DNA of 64,000 bases, taken from assembly GCA_963817955.1 (NCBI GenBank), contig CAWFQK010000002.1, forward strand, positions 512,001 to 576,000. Reading direction: 5' to 3'. Origin of the DNA: an uncultured Gemmatimonadaceae bacterium. Lineage in GTDB: Bacteria > Gemmatimonadota > Gemmatimonadetes > Gemmatimonadales > Gemmatimonadaceae. Positions 22,214 to 31,564 of the stretch are shown here, one piece after another. How positions within the stretch are numbered: position 1 is the stretch's first letter; each line of letters opens with the position of its first letter. The translations under genes were made by a program, and so were the position numbers. The notes under the pieces are model-generated. The model searched no databases. It saw nothing but the letters and a program-made list of their open reading frames with translations, and was not told where the DNA came from.

Positions 22214-22716
22214 CCATAGTCGAAAGACCAGAGCCGATGGGCGATCGACCGGCCGCGGCTGATGGCTGAAGGCCTTCCGGTGATTCTTTCACTGCCTCCG
22301 CTCCCGCGGCAAGCTGTATGATCAAATTGGTCGGCAGACCGTGGTCGATCAGCACAGCCTCGTGCCGCCGGGGCGCTTCGGCCATCGCGACCGCCGAAGC
22401 GAGCGACGGCTCCGTCGCGATACTGGCCCGCGGCATCGTCAGCGAGCTCAAGTCCGGGACTGCCTCGAGCCGGATCTTCGCGACTGCCGCGAGACCTTCC
22501 GTAGCATCGTCGAGCCGTTCAGTGCGGCGAACGGAGCGGAGTGTGCCGCGACAAAATCTGCGCTGCGGCGGAGCGTCGCCAATACCTTGCCATCACGGTA
22601 TTTCAAATGGCCTTCACATGGACATGAGGGCGCTGAAAATGAACTGCACCCCGGCGAGCGCCGGACGCGCCAGAGGAAAGAGCGAGGGACAGACGTGAGA
22701 CGTGTCGCGATCGCCG

Positions 22717-22884
22717 TCTGACGCGACGGAAGCGCTGTCGGGAGTGACGGAATGGTCGTCGGAAGAGTGGGAGTGGCCTTCGGATGTGTCGGAGTCACCT
22801 TCAGACGTGTCGGAGTCGCGTTCAGAAGAGAGGGAGCCGCCTTCAGACCGGTCGGAGTCAGCTTCGGAAGCGACGGAAGCACCG
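22717..22884. repeat. Degenerate 21-bp tandem repeat, about 8 units, consensus near TCRGANGNGNCGGAGTCRCCT
   Basis: Units aligned by eye, e.g. tcggatgtgtcggagtcacct, tcagacgtgtcggagtcgcgt, tcagaccggtcggagtcagct. Confidence 0.8.
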
Positions 22885-23034
22885 AGCGACAGCGCGACGG
22901 GCCGTGTGCACCAGTCGGTGCCTGGGTGAGAGGCGGTGGTCTTGCCTGTCAGGTGCGGAGTCCGTCCTCGAGGCAACTGCATTCGATCTTCGCGATCAGG
23001 AGTGGGCCCTGCACAACAGACGATTCCATGTGCA

Positions 23035-24000
23035 ACGCCAGCCATCCCTGCTGAACGCGAGCGACTGGGTCCTGAACGCCGATCCATTGCCTGTGAACGC
23101 GGACCCATCCCACGTCGACAAGGATCTATTACACGTCCACGCGGATGATTCCCACGTGGCATCGCGCGGGAGAGGCCTCAACGCCCGAGAGTCTGATGTT
23201 GACGGCGAGGACTCCTCGCGTGACGCAGGTCTCTCCCTCCGGCACGGCGTGCCGTGGGTCCTGAGCACGCGGGCATCCGAGCTAGACGAGACATGAAGCC
23301 TCCTACACGGCCGCGAGTCCGATGTTGATTGCGAGAGGTTCGTGCTTGCCACCGAGGGGTTCGTGCTTGCAGCCGAGGGATTCGTGCTTGCACGCGAGCC
23401 GTGCGCTCTCACCACGGGCGAGTCACCCCTCGACACGCGTGGGTTCCATCTCAACAGGAAGGAATTCGACCTGACCGAGACACAATCTCACGTTGACGTC
23501 ACATCATCCCAGCGAGCGAAGCGAGGATTGCGTGTGGACGCGCGTGAGAGGCTGGTGGACACGCGTGAGAGGCGTGTTGGCGAGAGACGGTCCGATGTGG
23601 CGCGAGCGGCATTCGGGCTCGACGCCGGTGTGTTCGATCTTGACCGGAATGACTCCGCCCTTAGCAACCGCTGGTGCGAGCTGGATGCGCCGGAGTCCCT
23701 GCTCGATCGGCGCTCATTCGATCTCGACAGCGAGGAATTCCACCTGAACACGCGTGAATTCGGTCGAGACAGCGAGGGATTCCCTGTGCACACGCGTGAA
23801 TTCGGTCGAGACAGCGAGGGATTCCCTATGAGCAGGCGAGGATTCCCTCTGAACACGCGTGCATCCGCTCTGCACGCCGACCGATTCCTTCTCGGCACGG
23901 TCGCATCCTCGTTGGGTAGCGATCGATCCCCTCTCGCCACGGCCGCATCCGCTCTGCGGACCGACCGATTCCCGCTCGCCACCCGTGCGTCGTGCGATGA
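23035..24000. repeat. Long degenerate 21-nt-period (heptad) tract, about 45 units, with exact 21-bp and 42-bp sub-repeats
   Basis: Plus-frame translation keeps a 7-aa register (ATEGFVL AAEGFVL ... NTREFGR DSEGFPV HTREFGR DSEGFPM). Confidence 0.75.
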
Positions 24001-24309
24001 GCGTAGTCCTATATATTAGTTCCGAAAACAGGGGGTCAGCGCAAGGGCCAAGATGTCCGATTGACCAACCGACAGGTTTTGACGATTCCAGCGTTAGTAC
24101 GATCAGGAGGTCGCCAAGTTCAGCCAGTCGCGAAGTACGTCGCGTCCCCGTTCGGTGCGCCGTGGGTCGACATCGGATTCCGCCGAAGGCACCGCGACTG
24201 GCGCATAGCAAGCAGTTCGCGGCCGGCGCCAGCACGGAACGACGCACCGCCCCGTAACGACTCGTCGATTCGACGCTCAGGATGATACGTTGGGTGCGAC
24301 TTTCGCCGC

Positions 24310-24640
24310 CTCGATCACCGGTATCCGCACCTTCACCATCGTGATCACGGTTCTGCCACCGGGACGGAGCGCCTGCGCGGCATTGAACAGCAGATTGGTG
24401 AACAGCTGCTCGAGCGCCATCGCGTCACCGCGCACTCTGATGGGCTCCGCAGAGGCAATTTCGAGGTCGAGTGTCGCCGGCAGCGCGGCGAAGGTGCCCA
24501 AGACGACGCTCGCCGCCGACTTGAGCACGTTCTGAATTCCGACCGGTTGGAGTGCCGCATGCGCGCTCCGGGCGACTCTCAGTGCGCCGCTCACCGACGA
24601 ATCGAGGCGCGCGATGTTGTCCAGCGCACGCAGCACGAGA
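24310..24640 (-). pseudogene. Histidine kinase HATPase fragment
   Basis: VRGDAMALEQLFTNLLFNAAQAL N-box; no H-box, G-boxes missing. Confidence 0.7.
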
Positions 24641-24649
24641 TCCCTGCCG

Positions 24650-25030
24650 GAAGCATCGCCCGGCGATATGGCGACCGTCGGGCGACCAGTGCGGCTGGCT
24701 GGTATCGCCCGCACTGGCGGTCAGCGCGCGCGTTGTACCGCTCGACAAGGAGTAAGCCATGAGCTTTCTAGGCGAGCGCCCACTGGGGAGGAATAGCCGG
24801 GTATTCCCGTTCCACGATGAAACGTCTGCTCCCTCCATCCAAGGGAGCGCTCCGAGTCCTGCCAGTCACCCAAGAAGATCGACTGCGCGTCCGGTCTCCT
24901 CCGACATCTTGCCGCGACTGACGAGTGTTGAACGCTTGCTCGTGCGGTCGTACGCGAACAGTTCGTCGTGGCGCGTCGTGTAGTAGATACGGTTCGTACC
25001 GACCGCCGGAACCGCATCGACGATCTTGAC
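24650..25030 (-). pseudogene. TolB/PD40 beta-propeller fragments
   Basis: TRALTASAGDTSQPHWSPDGRHIA and RIYYTTRHDELFAYD segments in broken frames. Confidence 0.45.
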
Positions 25031-25076
25031 CCCAGGCAACTTCGTGACCGTCGGCTGATTGAGCGGAGGTGACTTC

Positions 25077-25148
25077 TGTTGACGATCCTACACACGAAGC
25101 TGATGTTGACGACCGTCAACATCAGCGCTATGTTGAGTATCGTCAACA
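25077..25148 (+). promoter_or_regulatory. hipBA promoter with three 18-bp palindromic operators at 27-bp spacing
   Basis: TGTTGACGATCCTACACA (25077), TGTTGACGACCGTCAACA (25104), TGTTGAGTATCGTCAACA (25131); TTGACG-17-TATGTT. Confidence 0.8.
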
Positions 25149-25157
25149 TCCCTCGCC

Positions 25158-25532
25158 ATGACCAAGACAGCCAACGCCGCAACCGTCGGTGCCCTCGTCC
25201 GCGACGCCCGCGTGGCCGCCGAGCTCACCCAGACCGAGCTGGGCAAGCGTATCGGCGCAAGCCGATTCTGGGTCGCCGAGTTCGAGAAGGGCAAACCAAG
25301 CGCCGCTATCGGGCTCGCGCTCAGAGCACTGCACGCGCTTGGGCTCGTGGTCCGCATCGAGCCGAAGAACCCAAGTGAACGCAGTGCGCGACAAGACGCG
25401 CATCGCACGCAGGTCCAACGTACGGACCTCGCCGACGTTATTGCTCATGCCACGCTCACGAGAACGGCCCCATCTTCGGTGGCAGGGTGGCCAACCGCCT
25501 CCGTGCCATCGCGCTCGTCGCGCAAGCGGTGA
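25158..25532 (+). CDS. hipB: HipB-like Xre HTH antitoxin
   Basis: LVRDARVAAELTQTELGKRIGASRFWVAEFEKGK directly upstream of hipA. Confidence 0.88.
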   Translation: MTKTANAATVGALVRDARVAAELTQTELGKRIGASRFWVAEFEKGKPSAAIGLALRALHALGLVVRIEPKNPSERSARQDAHRTQVQRTDLADVIAHATLTRTAPSSVAGWPTASVPSRSSRKR

Positions 25533-25538
25533 CGGTAC

Positions 25539-26864
25539 ATGCCTGCGGCTAGGCGGAGTCGGCTCACCCGATCGGCGCGACCGGAGCTCGCCGTCGTTCT
25601 GCACGGCGCGCTTGCTGGCCACGTCCACCAGTCAGGGAACCGCAAGCTGGTCCTCCGCTACGACGAGGCATGGCGTACGACCCCGGGCGCCTTTCCTGTA
25701 TCGCTCTCGATGCCCCTCGACAAGGCGGAGCACGGGCATCGGGCGACATCGGCGTTTCTCTGGGGACTCCTTCCCGATGACCCGAAGGTCGTGGAGTCTT
25801 GGGCGCGGCTGCACGGCGTCTCGCCGTCCGATGTCGTCAAGCTGCTGGCGCACGTCGGTGAAGACTGCGCCGGCGCCGTCCAACTCGTGCCGCCTGACGA
25901 CGTCGGCCGCGTGCTCGGCGCTTCGACCCCGGCCGACATAGCGACGTCGGTCGAATGGCTGTCGGCGGGCGGAATCGCGGACTTGCTCGCTGCGCTGCGA
26001 CGCAACCCGGCGGCAGGCCGATCGAGTGACGAGCAGGGGCAGTTCAGCCTCGCCGGTGCACAGCCCAAAACCACGCTCTACCACCAGCGCGGCCGCTGGG
26101 GCGTGCCCAAGGGACGCGTCCCGAGCACGCATATCCTCAAGCCGCCGGTGCTCGATCTCGAAGACCTCGCGTACAACGAGCATTTCTGTCTGCATCTGGC
26201 GCGCGCACTCGGGATGTCCGCGGCCATGTCCAGTGTCCAACGGTTCGGCGAAGAAACGGCGATCGTCGTCGAGCGCTACGACCGCCAGCGTTCGGGCCCT
26301 ACCGTGAGCCGCGTCCATCAAGAGGACGTGTGTCAGGCGCTCGCGGTGCAACCAACACGGAAGTACGAGTCAGATGGCGGTCCCACGCTCGCTGACATTG
26401 CTAGACTGCTCGCACGCCACTCGTCAGACGCCGCGGTCGACGTCGCGCGCTTCCTCGATGCGAATATCCTCAACTGGCTCATCGCGGGACCTGACGCGCA
26501 CGCGAAGAACTACTCGATCCTGCACGGCGTCGGTCCCGACCACCGCCTTGCGCCGCTCTACGACGTCATCACCGCCCTCCCGTATCGTCGGCTGGCGAAA
26601 CGGGGCGTGAAGCTGGCGATGGCGGTGGGTGGCGAGCGGGCCGTCAGTGCGATCACCGCCAACCACTGGCGTGCGACGGCACGAGCCGTTGAGTTACCGG
26701 CTGATCTCGTCCTCGACCGCATCGCGGAGCTCGGTGAGCGCATGCCGGCGGCAATCGAGCGAGTGATCGAGCACCCGGACGGTGGCGCCGAAACACGCGA
26801 TATCATGGAGCGTCTGGCGGAGCCGGTCGCCGATCACGCCAGACGTTGTTTGAAGCGGCTCTAA
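25539..26864 (+). CDS. hipA: HipA Ser/Thr kinase toxin
   Basis: SLSMP, LLPD, FSLAGAQPK, STHILKP, VERYDR, HQED, DAHAKNYS, LAPLYD. Confidence 0.96.
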   Translation: MPAARRSRLTRSARPELAVVLHGALAGHVHQSGNRKLVLRYDEAWRTTPGAFPVSLSMPLDKAEHGHRATSAFLWGLLPDDPKVVESWARLHGVSPSDVVKLLAHVGEDCAGAVQLVPPDDVGRVLGASTPADIATSVEWLSAGGIADLLAALRRNPAAGRSSDEQGQFSLAGAQPKTTLYHQRGRWGVPKGRVPSTHILKPPVLDLEDLAYNEHFCLHLARALGMSAAMSSVQRFGEETAIVVERYDRQRSGPTVSRVHQEDVCQALAVQPTRKYESDGGPTLADIARLLARHSSDAAVDVARFLDANILNWLIAGPDAHAKNYSILHGVGPDHRLAPLYDVITALPYRRLAKRGVKLAMAVGGERAVSAITANHWRATARAVELPADLVLDRIAELGERMPAAIERVIEHPDGGAETRDIMERLAEPVADHARRCLKRL

Positions 26865-27028
26865 TTGCGCATGCAAGCCTCAGGTGAACATCGATTCCTG
26901 CCGCTTTCCCGCTCAGTTCAGCGCGCTTAGACCCGCCGAACGGTCGCCTCTGTTTGCGACGCGGGATACGCCAGATTCCGCTCGAACATGCCGCTGACGA
27001 GAAACACGTGGTGGCGAGAGGCTGCCTC

Positions 27029-27120
27029 CAGTGGACGCGGCTGGGCATTCCTGGCCGGCGTCACACCCACTCCGCGCACAACAGCTCTGCCTGCGCCAGC
27101 ACGGTCTTCACCGCTTCATC
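27029..27120. repeat. 92-bp copy of the hsdR 3' end and flank (12648-12739)
   Basis: Direct repeat with 3 mismatches, includes the hsdR stop codon. Confidence 0.9.
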
Positions 27121-27286
27121 TGTGTTCGTCGGCATACGCGTCCCGGTCCAGGCGTTCATCGACTATCTCGAGGGCGGGCACCCACTCGCCGACTTTCTCG
27201 AGGACTTCCCTTCCGTGAACCACGACCAGGCCGTTGCGGCCTTGGAACTTGCGCGCGAGGCGCTCCTCCGCGCCGCAGCGGCCTGA
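27121..27286 (+). pseudogene. DUF433 antitoxin fragment lacking its N-terminus
   Basis: VFVGIRVPVQAFIDYLEGG..FLEDFPSVNHDQAVAALE. Confidence 0.8.
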
Positions 27287-27299
27287 CGGCGCGGAGTTC

Positions 27300-27427
27300 G
27301 TGCGCATTCTGCTCGACGAGTGTTTGCCAGCCCGACTCCGTCGCGCCCTTCCCGGGCATGATGTCCATACGGTTCAAGGGCTCGGTTGGGCTGGCACCAA
27401 GAACGGCGTGCTGCTGCGACGCGCCGC
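27300..27427 (+). pseudogene. DUF5615 PIN-like toxin, 5' fragment only
   Basis: MRILLDECLP..HDVHTV..GWAGTKNGVLLRRA, cut by the duplicated antitoxin segment. Confidence 0.8.
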
Positions 27428-27630
27428 GAAACTCCAACCTCACCGCCGCAACCGGCGCTCGACTTCGGCAAATACGTCCGTCGCAGCGATGCCGACTACG
27501 CGACCAGTTGCGAGTTCCGTCGAGCGCCGATCAATCTCCGAATTCCACAGGGCCTCGGCGTCCGCATCGCGCTCTTCGAGACTCGCCAGAAGGAGTTCGG
27601 CGAGGCGCGCTCGATCGTGCGAAGGGAGTG
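27428..27630 (-). repeat. 203-bp diverged copy of the addiction-module antitoxin and parE start (12339-12541)
   Basis: Near-identical peptide LPSHDRARLAELLLASL..; mostly synonymous differences. Confidence 0.9.
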
Positions 27631-27699
27631 ATGGGCGGTCCACGGACCGCGCGTTGGCGATCAGCGTCGCCGCTCTCGCTGGGCCCTCTGGCCTCTCAC

Positions 27700-27958
27700 A
27701 GTTCCAGTCGATCGCCCGGCGGCTCCGAAGGGCGCTGGACAGCATCGCCACACCCTGCTCAGTGAAGGCGCGGGGGGCATAGCGGGGACCGCCGTGCGCA
27801 CTTGAGGTCACGAGTTGTGACCTCAAGTGGGTGACTCCTGCGGCCGTGAGCTGGAAGGCAAAATCAGATGGGAATCGGGCGGCATTCCTCGAGACTGCCT
27901 GGTTGAGCACCTTGGTCTGAACGCCGTACATCTCGGCCAGATCGCTATCAAGCATCAC
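27700..27958 (-). pseudogene. ORF6N-domain fragment fused in frame to the antitoxin copy (ORF 27440-27958)
   Basis: MLDSDLAEMYGVQTKVLNQAVSRN..RFPSDFAFQLT..AFTEQGVAMLSSALRS. Confidence 0.8.
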
Positions 27959-28029
27959 CCCCCCGGTGTCAGGATGGTCTACGTTTGACCGCTTAACCTA
28001 CTGCGGTCGTACGACAACTATCCTGACAC

Positions 28030-28268
28030 CGGGGGATATCGCGCGGCAGTCTGATGACGTATTTCGCGTAGAACAGGGTTCGCTCTACCCCGCACTCGAA
28101 CGCCTGCTCAATAAAGGCTGGGTCACCGTCGAGTGGGCGCAGACGCCGACGAAGCGGCAAGCACGCTATTACACGATCACGCGCGCGGGCCGTAGCCAGC
28201 TCAAGGAACGGGTCGCCGACTACGACCGCGTCGCAATCGCCATCGCCCGCGTGATGGGCAAAGCCTGA
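28030..28268 (+). pseudogene. PadR-family regulator (ADOP-associated), N-terminus apparently missing
   Basis: VEQGSLYPALERLL..GWV..EW..RQARYY.IT..GR; the usual GTL..LIL N-terminal helix is not seen. Confidence 0.75.
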
Positions 28269-28273
28269 ACCAC

Positions 28274-30623
28274 ATGTCACGTCTCGACGGACTGCGCCAT
28301 CGACTGCATGTCGTCCTGAAAGGCGAAGACTACGCGCGCGAGATCGAACGTGAGTTGGAATTCCACCTCGAGCTCGAGGCGCTCTCTCGAAGCCGTGACG
28401 GCACGACGCAACTCCAACGAGAGATCGCGGCGCGGCGACTCTTGGGCAACGCTACCTACTATCGAGAAGAGGTGCGTGGACGGACTCTGCTGAGCTGGCT
28501 CGATCGGCTTCGGCAAGACGCTTCATATGCGTGGCGTGGACTCAAACGGTCTCCCGGCTTCACGACCGCCGTCGTCCTCACATTGGCACTGGGGATCGGT
28601 GTCAATACGGCAATGTTTGGTCTGCTGGATCAGTTGTTCGTGCGAGCGCCGGCCGGCGTCTCCGCGGCGAGGGAGATTCGTCGGCTGTACGTGGAGGTCA
28701 GCCGGCCGGACGAGCCCAGTGGTCGGCTCGCGTTCGACAGCTTCAACTATCCTGACTACCGCGCCATCCTTCGTGCAGAAGACTCGACCGCCAGGATCGC
28801 CGCGTTCACCGAGCCCGATTCGACCGCGATCGTCGAGTCGGACGCGAGCATCCCTGTTCGCCGCAGCCTCGTCACGGCGAACTATTTTGGGCTGCTCGGT
28901 GTGCGGCCCGAGCACGGTCGATTCTTCGCCCCGGACGAGGATCGCATCGAACAGCCTACGCGAGTGGTTGTGCTCAGCGATGCGCTCTGGCGATCCGCGT
29001 ATGGGGCCAATGTCGCAACGATCGGCAGGTCGATCGCGATCGACTCACGACCGTACACGGTCATTGGCATCGCGCCGCGCGGTCCCCAACTTGTTGCTCG
29101 TCCGCGCGACAGGCCGGCGTCGCGAGATCGCCGTCCGCCGCGCCCTCGGCGTCTCCACGTCGCGACTCTACGGACAACTGCTCACTGAGAGTATTCTGCT
29201 CAGCGCGCTCGGTGGCGCGGCGGCCGTGTTATTTGCGCTGTGGGCAGGCGCGGCGCTGCGACACCTGCTGCTGCCCAACGTTCACTGGGCGGGCGGTGCA
29301 ACCAGTCTCCGAACGATCGCGTGCGCCGGCGTCGTGAGTCTCGTCGCGGGAATCGCGGCCGGACTTGCACCAGCGGCGCACGCAACCCGCCCGGACTTTG
29401 TCAACTCGCTCAAGGCGGGATCGCGCGATGGATCGTATCAGCGCTCGAAGCTGCGATCAGCCCTCCTTGCCATACAAGCCGGACTCTCCGTCGTACTGCT
29501 CATTGGCGCCGGACTGTTTGTGCGAAGCCTCGACAACGTTCGCGGACTCGATCTCGGATACGACGTCGATCACGTGTTGGCCGTGGAACCAACATTCGCC
29601 GACGCCCCGCCACCGCCCGCTGAGATCGCGGCGGCTCTTTCGGAGATCGCGCAACGACTTCGTACAGCCCCCGGCGTGCAAGCGGTCGCGTACGCGTCGA
29701 GCTCGCCGATGGCCGGCTCCACCTTCGCGGACATCTTTCTCCCGGACCGCGACTCGCTCCCCGCCTTCGGCAACGAGAGCGTGCCATGGATGAACGGCGT
29801 TTCGTCGGACTATTTCCGCGCGTCGGGCGTTCGCCTGATTTCTGGCCGTTCTTTCGATGCAGGCGATCGGCCGAGCGGGGCGGGTGCAGTGGTTGTCAGT
29901 CAAACGATGGCCCGCGTGTATTGGCCGGGACGGAGCGCGCTCGGCAAGTGCATCATCCTGGGCAAACGCAGCAACCCGTGCTCTGTCGTCGTCGGAGTCG
30001 CGGCCGATGTGCACCGCTCTGACCTGATCGAGCAGCCAACGATGCAATACTACGTGCCCGTTGCTGTCACGGGAGCCGGGGCGGCGCGCGAACTGATCGT
30101 CAGGACAACCACGGAGGAGATGCCGGCCGTGAGCCGCGTCGCGGCCCAGGAGCTGAAGAGAGTATTTCCGCGAATGTCAGTCCCGCGGACTCGCTCGATG
30201 ACGAGCATGCTCGATCCACAGTTCAGACCGTGGCGGCTGGGCGCAACGTTGTTCACCGCGTTCGGGGTGCTGGCGGTGCTCGTTGCCGCAGTCGGCGTTT
30301 ACAGCGTCGTCGCCTACGCAGTCAGCCAGCGAACGCACGAAATGGGGATTCGCATTGCGCTCGGTGCGCGGATGAGAGACATCGTGCGGTTGGTGCTCGG
30401 CGAAAGCTCGCGCACCCTGGTGATCGGTATCGTACTCGGCGTCACGGCCGCCATGGGACTGGGCCGACTCGTCGCTTCACTGCTCTACGGCGTGTCACCG
30501 CGTGATCCGCTCGTGATTGCCGGCGCTGCCGGTGTTCTCCTGACGATCGGTCTCGCGGCGAGCGTCGTGCCGAGTTGGCGCGCGGGGCGAGTTGAGCCGA
30601 GTACGGCGCTTCGCGCGGACTGA
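28274..30623 (+). pseudogene. ADOP/MacB-FtsX duplicated ABC permease with internal deletion and frameshift near 29082
   Basis: TLALGIGVNTAMF; VIGIAPRG jumps out of frame to NLLLVRATGRRREIAVRRALG; SQRTHEMGIRIALGA. Confidence 0.88.
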
Positions 30624-30664
30624 CGGGCGCATGGACGCGCTATTCGACTGAGGACTGTCCCCGG

Positions 30665-31564
30665 TCAGCCAACAGCTACTCGGCATTGACGGTGCGTATC
30701 AATCGCTTGACGCAGAGCGTGAATTACGCAGTCGAGACCACCTCGTTCCCGCACATCGGATGCGCGAAGGCGGGTATAGCGCTTGATCATGTTCCTCAGG
30801 GCGCTATCGGACGGAAAGTCGAGCTGAAACGCAATGGCCTGGATGGTTCGCGAGGTCGTCGACAGCAGCTCAGCCACGACGCACAGGCGGCACCACGCGA
30901 GCAACTCCTGCGGCGGGGGGACCTTCGCTCGCATGCAGTAATTCACCAGTGTCTTGCGATCGTAGCCGAGTGCATCCGCGACTTCCCCCACCCGTTGCAT
31001 TGTAGGATACGAGGTGACGTGTCTGACAAACGGCCAGAGGCGTTCGTCGACAAGGAGCATGATCTGAGCGGCAGCTCGCAGACCCAGCTGAGCCTGTTGA
31101 GCGACGCGTAGTGCCTCGCGCAACGCCACACCCGAGTCGTCAACGCCTTCGAAAATCAGCTCGTGCGCGCCAGCGAGCACCAGAGCTCGGATGTCCGCTG
31201 AATGCTCGGCGCCAGCACGACAGTATGCGATGATGGCGGCCGAGCCTTCGGTGGCGGCCAAGGCGCGGACCACTCCGCACGTGGAGCGACCGTTGCGATC
31301 TCGCATGGCGACGATAATGCCATCCACCCGGTAGGTTGCTGCCCGCGTGATCGCGACGAGATCCTCCGCATCCTCCACGAATTGAATCTCATGTCGACCG
31401 CGAAGCGCCATCGAGATTCGGTTCCGTTGTGCCCCATCGTGGATCAGGGCCAGAACGACCCCAATGCATTGCGGAGAGTGCGAGGCATGCCCACCACGTA
31501 TCGATCCGGCGGCATGTCGGTCCGAATATAGCGTCAGTCGGGACCGCTGTAGTGGATCAGTCAT
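30665..31564 (-). CDS. AraC-like HTH regulator with a degenerate receiver-like N-terminal domain (paralog of 44638-45504)
   Basis: VADALGYDRKTL, WCRL, TIQAIAFQLDFPSDSALRNMIKRY; ATG 31564 overlaps the upstream stop (ATGA). Confidence 0.8.
   Translation of the reverse strand: MTDPLQRSRLTLYSDRHAAGSIRGGHASHSPQCIGVVLALIHDGAQRNRISMALRGRHEIQFVEDAEDLVAITRAATYRVDGIIVAMRDRNGRSTCGVVRALAATEGSAAIIAYCRAGAEHSADIRALVLAGAHELIFEGVDDSGVALREALRVAQQAQLGLRAAAQIMLLVDERLWPFVRHVTSYPTMQRVGEVADALGYDRKTLVNYCMRAKVPPPQELLAWCRLCVVAELLSTTSRTIQAIAFQLDFPSDSALRNMIKRYTRLRASDVRERGGLDCVIHALRQAIDTHRQCRVAVG

Noticed and set aside
22717..24000. CRISPR array or DGR template/variable repeats
   Set aside because: No constant repeat with unique spacers; no reverse transcriptase; no adenine-specific mismatch pair
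27029..27630. DGR TR/VR relationship for the duplicated segments
   Set aside because: Mismatches are mixed and mostly synonymous, and there is no RT in the window
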